Source of the DNA: Octopus sinensis
Taxonomy: Eukaryota
Reading direction: 5' to 3'
Assembly: GCF_006345805.1 (NCBI RefSeq)
Contig: NC_042997.1
Location: forward strand, 36,580,001 to 36,644,000
Length of the DNA: 64,000 nt
Shown here: positions 12,590 through 24,171 of the stretch, in pieces
Layout: each line of letters starts with the position of its first letter
How positions within the stretch are numbered: the stretch's first letter is position 1
The notes under the pieces: model-generated
Database searches by the model: none
Told to the model about the DNA's origin: nothing
The model's input: the letters and a program-made list of their open reading frames with translations, nothing else
Program-made: the position numbers and the translations under genes

Positions 12590-13415
12590 CGAAGAGATAA
12601 AAGACCGTATCGACTGTGGCGGGACATAATGAAGGCTGAAATGTCGTGAAGACTTTTGTCTTGCACAGGATGAAAAACAAACTAAAATTATACTGGAACC
12701 CGCCAAAGCGAATGATATAGCAGAAAACTGGTTATTTGCAAGACGAGGAAGAAACAACGGCCCAAAATAGCTCGAACTGAGCAGTCTTACTCAACAAATA
12801 ATGCATCCACATGCATGCCAAGATGTGGAATTACTTACACAGGACTTTGTTGTTGTTGACCCCCTTCGGTCACGACACTGACCATGGGATTGCACCTAGA
12901 AGGTTACCCTCCTAGTCACAAGTCCGGGCAAGGTGGTTTATGGAAGACCAGTAGTCGCCCATGCATACCGGCCTCCCCTCTCCATGCCACCAGTGTTATC
13001 CAAGGGAAAGACAAAGGTCGATACAGCTTGGCACCTCTGACGTCGCAACTCATTTCTACAGCTGAGTGAACTGGAGCAACGTGAAATAAAGTGTATTGCT
13101 CAAGAACACAACACGCAGCCCGGTCTGGGATTCGAGCTCACAACCTCACGATCGTAAGCTCGACGCTTTAACCATTGAGCCATGCGCCTTCACAGAAATG
13201 AAGGCAGAAAGAAACACACAGGACTTTATAATCAGCATTATGGAATAATAGCGGAATATAGATGATATAAAGATAAACCAGGAAAAGTGCCCGAGGATGG
13301 CAAAGCAGCAGTTTCCTGGGATATGTTAATACATACAAAGAGGTATATCATGGCATAACAACATAATATCGTTGGTAAGGACCATGTGAATAGAAAAGTC
13401 TTTTAATACATATTG
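12590..13415 (+). mobile_element. Old R4/Dong-like remnant #4, split by a SINE
   Basis: Manual translation gives WRDIMKAE.., EDFCLAQD, EETTAQNSSN*AVLLNK*CIHMHAKMWNYLH and, after the SINE, QHYGIIAEYR*YKDKPGKVPEDGKAAVSWDMLIH...KVFLIH. These are colinear with remnants #2 and #3. Confidence 0.75.
12849..13215 (-). mobile_element. tRNA-derived SINE family D with 12-bp TSD
   Basis: Minus-strand head GGCGCATGGCTCAATGGTTAAAGCG...GAGCTCGAATCCC; (CAA)n tail; ACACAGGACTTT at 12837-12848 and 13216-13227. Confidence 0.85.
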
Positions 13416-13542
13416 GAGGAGAAGGTAGGAAGGGATGAAGTAGAATGTAAAAATACTGATAATAATGGTTTTCATATTGATGTAGTTGAAAAATATTATT
13501 TTAGGACTAGTGGAAAACTGTTACATATGTATATATATATAC

Positions 13543-13607
<65 letters not shown>

Positions 13608-13732
13608 AGTGGCTAGCGATCAATCATGGCGAATGCCGGACAGAGGGGTCACACAGGGGAGATAAATAAAGTAGCGGTGATCCCGAAACGAAGGTGCGCG
13701 TGCGTGGTCGTGGTGGTGTCGGTAGTAGCAGC

Positions 13733-13827
13733 AGCAGTAGTAGTAGTAGTAGTAGTAGTAGTAGCAGTAGTAGTAGTAGTAGTAGTAGCAGTAGTAGTAG
13801 TAGTAGTAGAAGTAGTAGTAGTAGTAA

Positions 13828-13868
<41 letters not shown>

Positions 13869-13900
13869 ATGGTAGTAGTAGTAGCAGTAGTAATGGTAGT
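13733..13900. repeat. (TAG)n microsatellite
   Basis: Seen directly. Confidence 0.95.
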
Positions 13901-13974
13901 AGGAGTAGGGGGAGGAGGAGGAGGAGAGGAGTTGGTGTAGGAGGAAAAAAGAACAAGAGTAGCGTAACGATGAT

Positions 13975-14152
13975 AATTCTTTCTGCCAAAGGAAGAAGGC
14001 CTGAAATTTTGGGGTAGGAGACTAGTCGATTACATCGACTCTAGTGTTTCACTGGTACTTATGTTAGTAGAACGTACGTAGGCTCGGGGGCGCGAAATAC
14101 CGCTAAGCATTTCCGCTAAAGTGCAAACGATTCTACCAGCTCACCGCCTTAT
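13975..14152 (-). mobile_element. SINE family A (A1 tail), internally deleted
   Basis: Tail GGCCTGAAATTTTGGGG...GTCGATTACATCGAC and head CCGCTAAGCATTT...CCAGCTCACCGCC. Confidence 0.75.
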
Positions 14153-14159
14153 GTACGGT

Positions 14160-14165
14160 AATAAA

Positions 14166-14224
<59 letters not shown>

Positions 14225-14337
14225 CGACAACAACAACAACAACAATAATAATAATAATAACAACGACAACAACAACAACAACAATAATAATAATAATAAC
14301 AACGACAACAACAACAACAGCAACAACAATAATGATG

Positions 14338-14385
<48 letters not shown>

Positions 14386-14390
14386 GTAAT
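14160..14390. repeat. (AAT)n/(AAC)n compound microsatellite
   Basis: Seen directly; abuts the LINE 3' end. Confidence 0.95.
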
Positions 14391-14391
14391 C

Positions 14392-15770
14392 ATTCTTTCA
14401 TTTATTGGCCACCAGGGCTGACATATAGGTGATAGACGAGGACATTGGGGATTTTAAACGAAACAACGAGAACGCAATTAAAACAATAACATTAATATCA
14501 AACAAGAACAATATAACAATGAAAGTTCCCCACCTGGAATTGTCTCACGTACCCCATCAGTCCTTCGAAGTCCTCTAGGAAGGGCAACTCTCTCTCTCTC
14601 TCTCAAAATCACTAGCCTACAGTCGCATTATTAGTGTAGGTCCACTCATACGGTTTATTTTCGCTTCATTCACCCTCGTTCAAGCAAATATACTGAGTGA
14701 CTGCACTTCTCTTTCCACCGTCATTTTCCTTTCCAAGTAAGATTTGAAAAAGTTCATAAGAGATTGGCTGAAGATAAAAGAGTTTGTCTTCAGTACTTTC
14801 AAGCTGGTCCACAGTCAAACCTCTTTCGCTACTGCTGTGAGACAAACGAAAATTAACTTCCCTTCGAGACCAATGGAAGGCGGTGGATCGATCTTCACTT
14901 TAGACTCGGCCAATAGCTGGATCCATCCTACACGTGATAACAGCTGTTCAACATAACTCCACAAGTAAGTGTTGCATGGACATTGGACAAGTGTGTGAAG
15001 AACAGTTTCGACGCTCTGCTTGCATCTCGGGCAGATCTGTCTGATAGCATTCCGTGCCTGTATAGATTTTATCGAACCGGCAGTGCCCATCGGTATCACT
15101 GCCAAGCTAGGGATTTCTGGAAGTTGTCCAACATCCCCAGCTCGAAAGTCCTGAACAGACTTCATCGACGCCTAATGCCGCTCCGAGTGATTCATCGCTC
15201 TTTCTCTGCACTAGCCTTCTATAGAACTCGGGAGTCGATATTCCACTGATCGCATGCCAGTCACCCTGTCTCGGTCTCTTCTTCACTCAGGACTGCAGCT
15301 CAGTGAAGGAGACGAGCCTGACAAACAGCGACCACACTTGATCACATTGAGACAAAATATCTGGATATGCCGCAGTCTCAGCACATTTCTGCGTATCATT
15401 AGCGACGGCATGCACAGCCCTTCGCGTAGAGGGTGTTGGTAGCAGATGGACCGCCTCACCAATGGAACCTGTCCCCTTCACAAGAATTTGAAGAGGACGC
15501 GCTTCAAAACTCGCAAATGACTAGTTTCTCCACAAACGAAAAAATGCGGTCTTTTACTCTATCATTATGTGTATCATATTCTGTTCTGGTGACGGATGTG
15601 GTCCTGGATTTTATTTTTACAGGCTTGAACTCGAGAATTATCTACAGGTCAACCTCGGACCAGTCCTCCCAGGCACTTCCTGTCACCTCTATCAGGGCGG
15701 TATCCGTCCCTTCCACAATTACGTATCTCAGAAGCCACTACATATCAAGTCCTAGTGGGATCCTAGGAAC
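14392..15770 (-). mobile_element. Tx1/L1-clade LINE, 5'-truncated 3' fragment
   Basis: Minus-strand LKRVLFKFL*RGQVPLVRRSICYQHPLREGLCMPSL (post-RT region) and CPRCKQSVETVLHTLVQC (zf-RVT knuckle). 3' UTR with AATAAA ends next to (ATT)n. Confidence 0.85.
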
Positions 15771-16201
15771 GTACCCTTCCTCACGTGGGAAGGGTACATA
15801 ACGAATTTGCTGGTTTTGCCAGGGGTCATTGAAAGTTTCATAGCGAGGGCTTCCTACCTAAACACAGCACCGAAATGGTGCCATATTATTTATAACCTGT
15901 GTCATCTCTGATGCACTTTAGCGCCGCTTCAAAATCTACTTGAGCTAATAAAACCGTTCTTTTTGTCTCTGCTGAGATGCATCTGAAAAGTACCGTTCTT
16001 TTCTCCACTGCTTCAATTGCCTCTATAGGAACAGTTAAGTTGGCCCAGCCTTCTTTTCTGTCCTGTAAGAGTTTTCAAACAATGGTTAAGTATCCCATCC
16101 ACGAGGGATACGACGCATCAATACTAGATGCGTCGAAACAATTGTGATTAATAAAGCTTCTCATAACTTGTATATATATATATATATATAGATATATATA
16201 T

Positions 16202-16245
<44 letters not shown>

Positions 16246-16249
16246 TATA

Positions 16250-16312
<63 letters not shown>

Positions 16313-16324
16313 ATGTATATGTAT

Positions 16325-16520
16325 GTATTTATGTAAAGTTAATCCAAACAAGAAAGCACAAAAAACACAGCAACGCGAGGACGTGGAAGGAAAGAAGGAA
16401 AGAATGAGGGTTTAACGTTTCGAGCCGAGCTCTTCGTCGGAAACATAGGAGAAGGAAAGATCCAGAGAAAAGAAGACAGCGGAAAAAAATCGCCAACGGT
16501 ACACACGCGGTCACATTTTG
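16325..16520 (-). mobile_element. Short non-coding hammerhead-bearing element, family X (PLE pLTR-like)
   Basis: Homologous to 56765-56900; lies between TA/TG/GATA microsatellites. Confidence 0.7.
16410..16444 (-). ncRNA. Minimal hammerhead ribozyme motif (U4C core variant)
   Basis: gttt-CCGACGA-A-gagc(tcg)gctc-GAAAC-GTT-aaac. Confidence 0.6.
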
Positions 16521-16563
16521 AATCATGTATGTATGCATGTATATATATGTATATGTGTGTGTG

Positions 16564-16849
<286 letters not shown>

Positions 16850-17221
16850 GAGAGGAAGAGGTGGGAAGGGAATGACAAAGAATATATGATGTATGATGTG
16901 TAAGATACAGCCATATTCGAAATAGTATATTGTTTCAATTTTGCTTGTGTTCTCGCTGATATAATGATTTTTGAAATGAGAGAGTTTGTATATACAACAA
17001 ATAACAGTGAGAGTAATAGAGGCTTAAAAGAGAAAATAGTGTGTCCAATTGTTTATAGATAAACCATAGGAAGAAGTGAGGGAGGTAGAGAGAGGAGGTG
17101 GAGTATCAGTGAAAATCATTCATTCAGGGATATATAAGGAAGATACTTAGCGAGAGATAGAGAGAGAGACGGGGCATCGGAGAAAGTGAGATGGACAATT
17201 ATGCTTTTTATAAATTGAATA

Positions 17222-17635
17222 TGAGTAGGCTGTGTGGTAAGTAGCTTGCTAACCAACCACATGGTTACGGGTTCAGTCCCACTGCGTGGCATCTTGGGCA
17301 AGTGTCTTCTGCTATAGCCCCGGGCCAACCAATGCCTTGTGAGTGGATTTGGTAGACGGAAACTGAAAGAAGCATGTCGTATATATGTATATATATATAT
17401 ATATAAGTGTGTGTGTGTATATGTTTGTGTGTCTGTGTTTGTCCCCCTAGCATTGCCTGACAACCGATGCTGGTGTGTTTACGTCCCCGTTACTTAGCGG
17501 TTCGGCAAAAGAGACCGATAGAATAAGTACTGGGCTTACAAAGAATATGTCCCGGGATCGATTTGCTCGACTAAAGTCGGTGCTCCAGCATGGGCGCAGT
17601 CAAATGACTGAAACAAGTAAAAGAGTAAAAGAGTA
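17222..17635 (+). mobile_element. SINE family B
   Basis: Near-identical to 8384-8778; tail (GAGTAAAA)n. Confidence 0.9.
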
Positions 17636-17639
17636 AGGA

Positions 17640-18757
17640 GGAATCAGTATAAGGCAGCATGAAACAGTTAGAACTGGAAGGAAAGATGAGAGCACTGCGC
17701 GTTAGAAAGAATGAGGAGATATCATGAAAGTTTGAATTGTGTCAGAAAACGAAAGTGAAAGTAAGAGAAAGCGAGTTACAAGTAGAGAGATACAGAGAAA
17801 AAACAGGGGAAGCATGTTGAGTTATGATAGAATTATGTTAGAAAAAATGAGAATAGTTGGGAGCATGCCTTAGTGAAAAAATGAGTGAGTGAGTGAGTGA
17901 GTGAGTTATTGAATGAGTGAGTGAGCAAGTAAGTGAGTGAGTGAGTGAGTGATAGAGACACATACACACAGAGAAGAGAAAAAGAATTGGAAGAGAAAAT
18001 AAAAGATATAGGAAATGCAATCAAGGAGAAAAGAATGAAGAAAGAGTGCAGTGCATGAGAGAGTGCGAAAGATACTGTGCCAGTTAATGAAAAGTGAGTG
18101 AGTGAGTGACTAAGATAAAGAGACTGAACTGGGGGAGTTAAGATCATTTTGAATCATGAAGAATGAGAGATGGAAGAACGATTTATTTTAGGGAATGAGC
18201 AAGTGATGAAACTAAGAGAGCTATAGAGAGAGAGAGTGAGAGGGAGAGATAAAGAGAAGGAGAAAGACAGAGAAAGACAAACTCGGAGAAAGAGAAATAG
18301 AGGCAAAGAGTGAGAGAGAAAGAGAGAGAGAGAAAGAGAAGAGAGAGAGAGAGGGAGAGAAAGAGAAGGAGAAAGAGAGAGGAAGACAAACTCGGAGAAA
18401 GAGAAATAGAGGCAAAGAGTGAGAGAGAAAGAGAGGGAGAGAGAAAGAGAGGGAGAGAGAGCGAAAACAGAGAGAAAGAGAGGGGGAGAGAAAGAGAAGG
18501 AGAAAGAGAGAGAAAGACAAACTGAGAGAAAGAGAAATAGAGGCAAAGAGTGAGAGAGAAGTGTTTGTGAGATAGAATAGAAAGATGAGTGATAAGAGAA
18601 GAAGCAGAGTGTGCTTATAAACATTAAGGAGAAATTGAGTTGGGGAGAGTAAGGAGCGATGTAGAGGAAGCAGTGGATATGGACGTGAGAATATTTATAT
18701 GTCAGAAAAAAAATGAGAGAATGAGAAGAGCATGCGTGAATGAAAGAGGAAAATAGT

Positions 18758-18795
<38 letters not shown>

Positions 18796-19850
18796 CGGAA
18801 GAGAAAAGAGAGAAAAGAAATAATGGAAAAAAGCCGAGGTAGGAATTAGAGCACACTACGTTGAAAATAAGGAGAGAATAGTGAGAGTTGCTCAACCACT
18901 GAATTTTAAAGAAAGAATCAGTGGGAGACAGAGAGAGAGTGGTGAAGCAAAACGAGAAGGGATGATTATAAGGGTAGGAAAAGGAGAGCGTTGGCGTTTG
19001 TAAGAATGCATAAGAATGACAGAGCGAAGAATGGGAGAGAGAAAGAGTGAAGAAGTGAAATATAATGAGTAAGTGACGTGGGTAACGTCCCATCATAATA
19101 ACTACGATGGGACTGAAAATATAATAGTGTTATAGCATAATGAGGAGTAGGCTATGTTTGAAAAGACGAGTGAGCGGATGAGAAGATAACAAAACGATAA
19201 TGAAAGATGAAGCATAAGCTGTGTGTTTGAAAGGAATTTGAAAAAGTGGACGATTAAAGGAACAACGAATGCATTTCGAAACTCTATATTTTTGACAGAA
19301 AAAAAAAATGCGGTTGGTTATAAGAACGGTTGGATCGACGAAATCACAGCTGTATATTCCGGAGGCATGTTGATACTGAGAAATTGAAGAGAATAAATGA
19401 ATACATAAAGGAGTAAATGAATGAATGAATGAATGAATGAATCAGTGAATGAATGAAGTATAGAAGGAAGGTAAGATTAAATGCAGTAGGAATACTATAG
19501 TTAGATGAAAGGTGAAAGGAACATCTAAAGTGAAAGAAATGATAGCGTTTTAGAAAGGAGAGAGAACAAGCGAGTGGGGATGGCGAGGGAGACTGAGAAG
19601 GGATGGAGAGATAGGGCGGATAGCGGGGAGAGAGGAAGAGAGAGAGAGAGAGAGAGATAACGGGAGACAAAAGAGGGAAGAGGTGAAGAGAGAAGGGTGA
19701 CATCGGAAGAAAGAGTGGAGGAATACAGAAGACCGGGAAAGAAAGAGAGAGAGAGAGAGACAGAGGAGAAGGAGAAAGAGGAGATGGAGAGAATGAAAGA
19801 AGGAAAAAAGGAAATGAGGGGCGCCCGATGGTAGTGGTGGTGACGATGGT
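17640..19850. repeat. Strand-asymmetric purine-rich (GA/GAGT/GAAT) low-complexity block with a GA-rich minisatellite
   Basis: Unit AGACAAACTCGGAGAAAGAGAAATAGAGGCAAAGAGTGAGAGAGA recurs at ~18275, 18384 and 18515. Confidence 0.85.
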
Positions 19851-20275
19851 AGCTTACGTGTCAGAGACGAGGTTGAAGATATGAATGAAGCGATTATTTG
19901 TTTACTAAGATGAACAATATATATATAATGGGAAGCATAAAACAAAAAAAAAGAATAATATAGGAAATACGGAGATCCGTGTATTGCGGAATGATGGAAG
20001 AAAAAAGGCAACAGGAGAATTAACTGTAATATTCCGAAGTAATAAGTAGATAGAAGACAGAAGGAAGAAAGAAACCCACGAAATGTTGGTGAGAAGTAAG
20101 GGAAGGTAAACGACTGCAACTCAGCAGTGTGGTGCATTTATAAGGGTGGCAAGGGGTTGAGTGCTATGTAAAGCAAGAATGCACCAACAAAATTCACGTA
20201 CACACACCTAAGAATTTAAATACATATTTGCGTATATGTGCATGGAAGTTCACGTTCGCGTTTGTACATGTATAT

Positions 20276-20307
<32 letters not shown>

Positions 20308-20310
<3 letters not shown>

Positions 20311-20450
20311 TGGAAGAAATGAGGCAATCAGAAGATCAGAGGGTTTATATTTACAGATGTTTATTTATATATTACATTTTTTACATATATAATAAATAAA
20401 TATCTGTAAATATAACCATCCGATCTTCTGATTACCTCATTCTTCTAATA
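20308..20450. mobile_element. Small foldback/MITE-like palindrome in (TA)n
   Basis: Arms of about 58 bp: TATTGGAAGAAATGAGGCAATCAGAAGATC...TTTACAGAT versus ATCTGTAAA...GATCTTCTGATTACCTCATTCTTCTAATA. Confidence 0.8.
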
Positions 20451-20501
20451 TATAATACCTGTACATCATCTCCAAACCTTCCAATATATATATATATATA
20501 A

Positions 20502-20549
<48 letters not shown>

Positions 20550-20607
20550 TATATATACATACATATATTATATATATATATACATATATATAATATATAT
20601 TTATATA

Positions 20608-20650
<43 letters not shown>

Positions 20651-20793
20651 GTACATATATATAAACAACTTATATATAAGGCCTAAAGAAAATTATATAT
20701 AAGTTATATATAAGGTATTTTAATATGCTGCCACATTTTTTGATGGATTTTTTTTCTGTAGACAAAAAAAACTTCATCTTATATTAGTAGTAT

Positions 20794-20824
<31 letters not shown>

Positions 20825-21190
20825 TATACGTATATGAAATATATTCGTTTTCATTGTTTATCAAAGTGAATGTATGTATATTTTCTAGATATAGTATTAT
20901 AATTTTCAAAACCGGTATGGGGTATTTTCATTGCACTTTAAATAACAGTGAACTAAATAATCATATACTTATTTGTGTAAGTATGCACTGTGTATACAAA
21001 CTCAAGTTAATGTGTATATCTATGTGTATATAAGGGTAGAAGTGTGTATTTATTAACATCTACACGCATACACACACATATGTGCACATATATGCACATA
21101 TATGCTTATATATGAATACATATGCCTATATACATATATATATATATGTGTGTGTGTGCTTGTATGTTATGTATGTATACATGTATATAT

Positions 21191-21407
21191 TCTTTTATTC
21201 TTTTGCGTGTTTCAGTCATTTGACTGCGGCCATCCTGAAGCAGCGCCGTTAGTCCAACAAATTTACCCTGGACTTATTCTTTATAAGCATATTACTTATT
21301 GTCGGTCGCTTCCGCCGAACCGCTAGGTACAGCTACAGGTACGTAAACACACAGACGTCGGTCGTCAAGCGTTGGTATAGAGTACAAACACACAAAATCT
21401 CTCTATT

Positions 21408-21441
<34 letters not shown>

Positions 21442-21628
21442 CTCTCTCACTCGGTATATATATACACATATACTACGGAATTCTTTCAGTTTCCGTCTAA
21501 CAAATCTAGTAACAAGGGTTTGGTCGACCCGAGGCTATAGTAGAATACACTTTCCCAAGGTGCCATGCAGTGGGACTGAACCAGGAACCATGTGGCTGGG
21601 AAGGAAGCTTCTTAACACACAGCCACTC
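21191..21628 (-). mobile_element. SINE family B
   Basis: Reverse-complement tail TTTCAGTCATTTGACTGCGGCC and head GGGACTGAACC...CACAGCCAC; internal (CT)n. Confidence 0.85.
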
Positions 21629-21716
21629 TCTCTCTCCCTCTCCCTCTCTCTCTCTCTCTGTATCTATATATGTGTACATATATACATATATGTATATATA
21701 TATATATATATGTGCG

Positions 21717-21787
<71 letters not shown>

Positions 21788-21849
21788 ACATATATATATA
21801 TACATATATGTATATATGTACATATATATAGATACAGAGAGAGAGGGAT

Positions 21850-21902
<53 letters not shown>

Positions 21903-22014
21903 TATATACTTGCATATTTGCACGAATATATATGCATCTATCTATGTATGTATATTTACGCGTGTGTGTGTGAATGTATATATGTGAGAGTGTAGAGTGT
22001 ATAGTGTTTGTGCA

Positions 22015-22245
22015 TGTGTGTCTATGTCCGTACCCCACACAACCATTTGCCAACTGATGCCAACTGACGGCGGTGTGTTTACGTCACCGTAAGTTAACGG
22101 TTCGGCGAAAAACATCGATGAATTATGTACCAGCCTTTACAACTTATAAGTACTGAGGTGATACATTCGACAAAAAATTCGTCAAGGCATATGCCCCACC
22201 ATGGTTGCAATCTAATGACTGAACGAAATAAACGAGAGCAAAAGA
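22015..22245 (+). mobile_element. SINE family B 3' half, diverged
   Basis: GGTGTGTTTACGTCACCGTAAG..CGGTTCGGCGAAAA...AATGACTGAA. Confidence 0.7.
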
Positions 22246-22324
22246 AATATGTACATTAATTATTGGGATATTGATACATAAATACATACCTACATACGCA
22301 CATACATACATACGTGTATGTATG

Positions 22325-22371
<47 letters not shown>

Positions 22372-22642
22372 GTGTGTGTATTGGCGTGACTAGAGAGAGA
22401 GTAAGAAGGAAGAAAAGGGATAGAGAGAAGAGTAAGGAAGCCAGCGAGAGAGAGAAAGAGAGAGATAGAGAGAGAGATGGAAACACTTGCAAGAAATTGA
22501 GGCGAACATTCCAAATTCGTTGTAATATTGAACAGACTGCTTTGCAGTATCGTTGAGAGCTAATTGCGTTCCGTGGGAACATAATCCTACGAAACGTATA
22601 CTCTAATTTGGAGACACTATGTAATGGCATCATGAACATATA

Positions 22643-23531
22643 TAGGATGTTCAAAAGTCTCTTCGCAGTGAAACGGATATCAGCCTAGGAAGCGCTTACA
22701 CGGCAGTAAAAAACGAAATAAATTTCTTTCCACACAAAGTGCTGGCCATTGAAGAATTGAAGAGTACGGATCATGCTAAATGGCTTCGTTAATTTCATTA
22801 GTTCCAAAACTTTGTTGCTGAAAAAGGCATAGAATTGCTGGATAAGTGCTTTTACATCGATGAGCCTTGGTTTCATCTGCCGGGACATAAAAATTCGCAA
22901 AACACAAGGCTATGGATCACTGAGAATCCACATGCGACGCATGAGCGACCTCTGCATCCCGAAAAAATTGGAGTACGGGTAGCAATTTCGAGAAAGCGTA
23001 TTGTGGGACCGATATTTTTTGAAGACACCATCAACGCCGAGCGATATTGATCCAAAATTGCCTATCCATTTGTAGGCCAGCTCACTGAAAGTGAAGTTAA
23101 TAATGCATACTTTCAACAAGCTGGAGGTACAGTACATACTTCGCTCATTATCATGGCGATACATCAAGAATTTTTTGGTGAACGGATTATTTCGATGGGA
23201 TTTTGGCCTCCAAGATCCCAGCGCCAGTCTTTTTTTTTTTCTGGGGAGCAAGTAAAGGATCAGTGTACAAGAATCGCTCGAAAATTATCAATGAACTAAA
23301 AGACGCAACCATAACATTCACACGGTCCTTGTTGCGTCAAACTCTCCAAGGCGTATTTCAAAAGAGGTGTCGAAATGTCAGCTTATCTATTGAAAATGAA
23401 GGACGACACTTTCAACACCTCTTATAAAGTTTTTTAAAACTCTTATAAACTGTAATATATTCTATTGTAATCATTTTATTAATATTTATTTTGCAATAAC
23501 ATACTTCAGAGAGACGTTTTGAACACATCTA
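22643..23531 (+). mobile_element. Tc1/mariner-superfamily (maT/rosa-like) transposon, internally deleted
   Basis: Degenerate TIRs (TAGGATGTTCAAAAGTCTCT / AGAGACGTTTTGAACACATCTA). Transposase remnants DEPWFHL..NSQNTRLW..ENPH..PLHPEKIGV..GPIFF and FQQ..HT..WPPRSP..FQHLL. Confidence 0.9.
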
Positions 23532-24024
23532 TTACGAAATAATTATCAATTTTCGCTACATAAAATTTATATATTTTTATGTATTAGCATACATTTCATC
23601 GCACAACTGCAACCTGCCCATTCTCGCAGTGCAAACATAAGTTATTCATCTATATATATTTAAAAAAAAAAGAATCTTGCGTAATCACCAGGATAAGTAA
23701 CGCGCTTTAATGGAGTAGTTATATGACATCTCTTTTCGAATTGTAAATCATGAAACATAGGACAGTATATATGTATATATAGCATCGGACAAAATGCATG
23801 CTCCAAAACATTCAACATCTGAAAATGAATTGGTGTTTTTGAAATGTACAATATATGTTAAATGAGTTTTAATCTTGGTGGATGAATTTGGACCCAACCT
23901 GTGTGCGCGTGTGTGTGAGCTATATATATAATATATATATGTGTGTGTGTGGTGTGTGTGTGTGTGTTGTGTGTGTGTGTGTGTGTATGTATGTGTATGT
24001 ATATATATTATATATATATATATA

Positions 24025-24061
<37 letters not shown>

Positions 24062-24107
24062 CATACACACACAACACACACACACACCACACACACCACA
24101 TATATAT

Positions 24108-24138
<31 letters not shown>

Positions 24139-24171
24139 CGCATATTGGTAGAGGCCGTCACAAAACGTAAA

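Noticed and set aside
9220-14390. Repeat-spacer-like alternation resembling a CRISPR array
   Set aside because: The repeats are simple trinucleotides, the spacers are retrotransposon fragments, and there are no cas genes in this eukaryotic context.
19088-19114. GTCCCATC/GATGGGAC hairpin followed by TGAAAA
   Set aside because: No CUGANGA core upstream and no stem I; an 8-bp stem is expected by chance.
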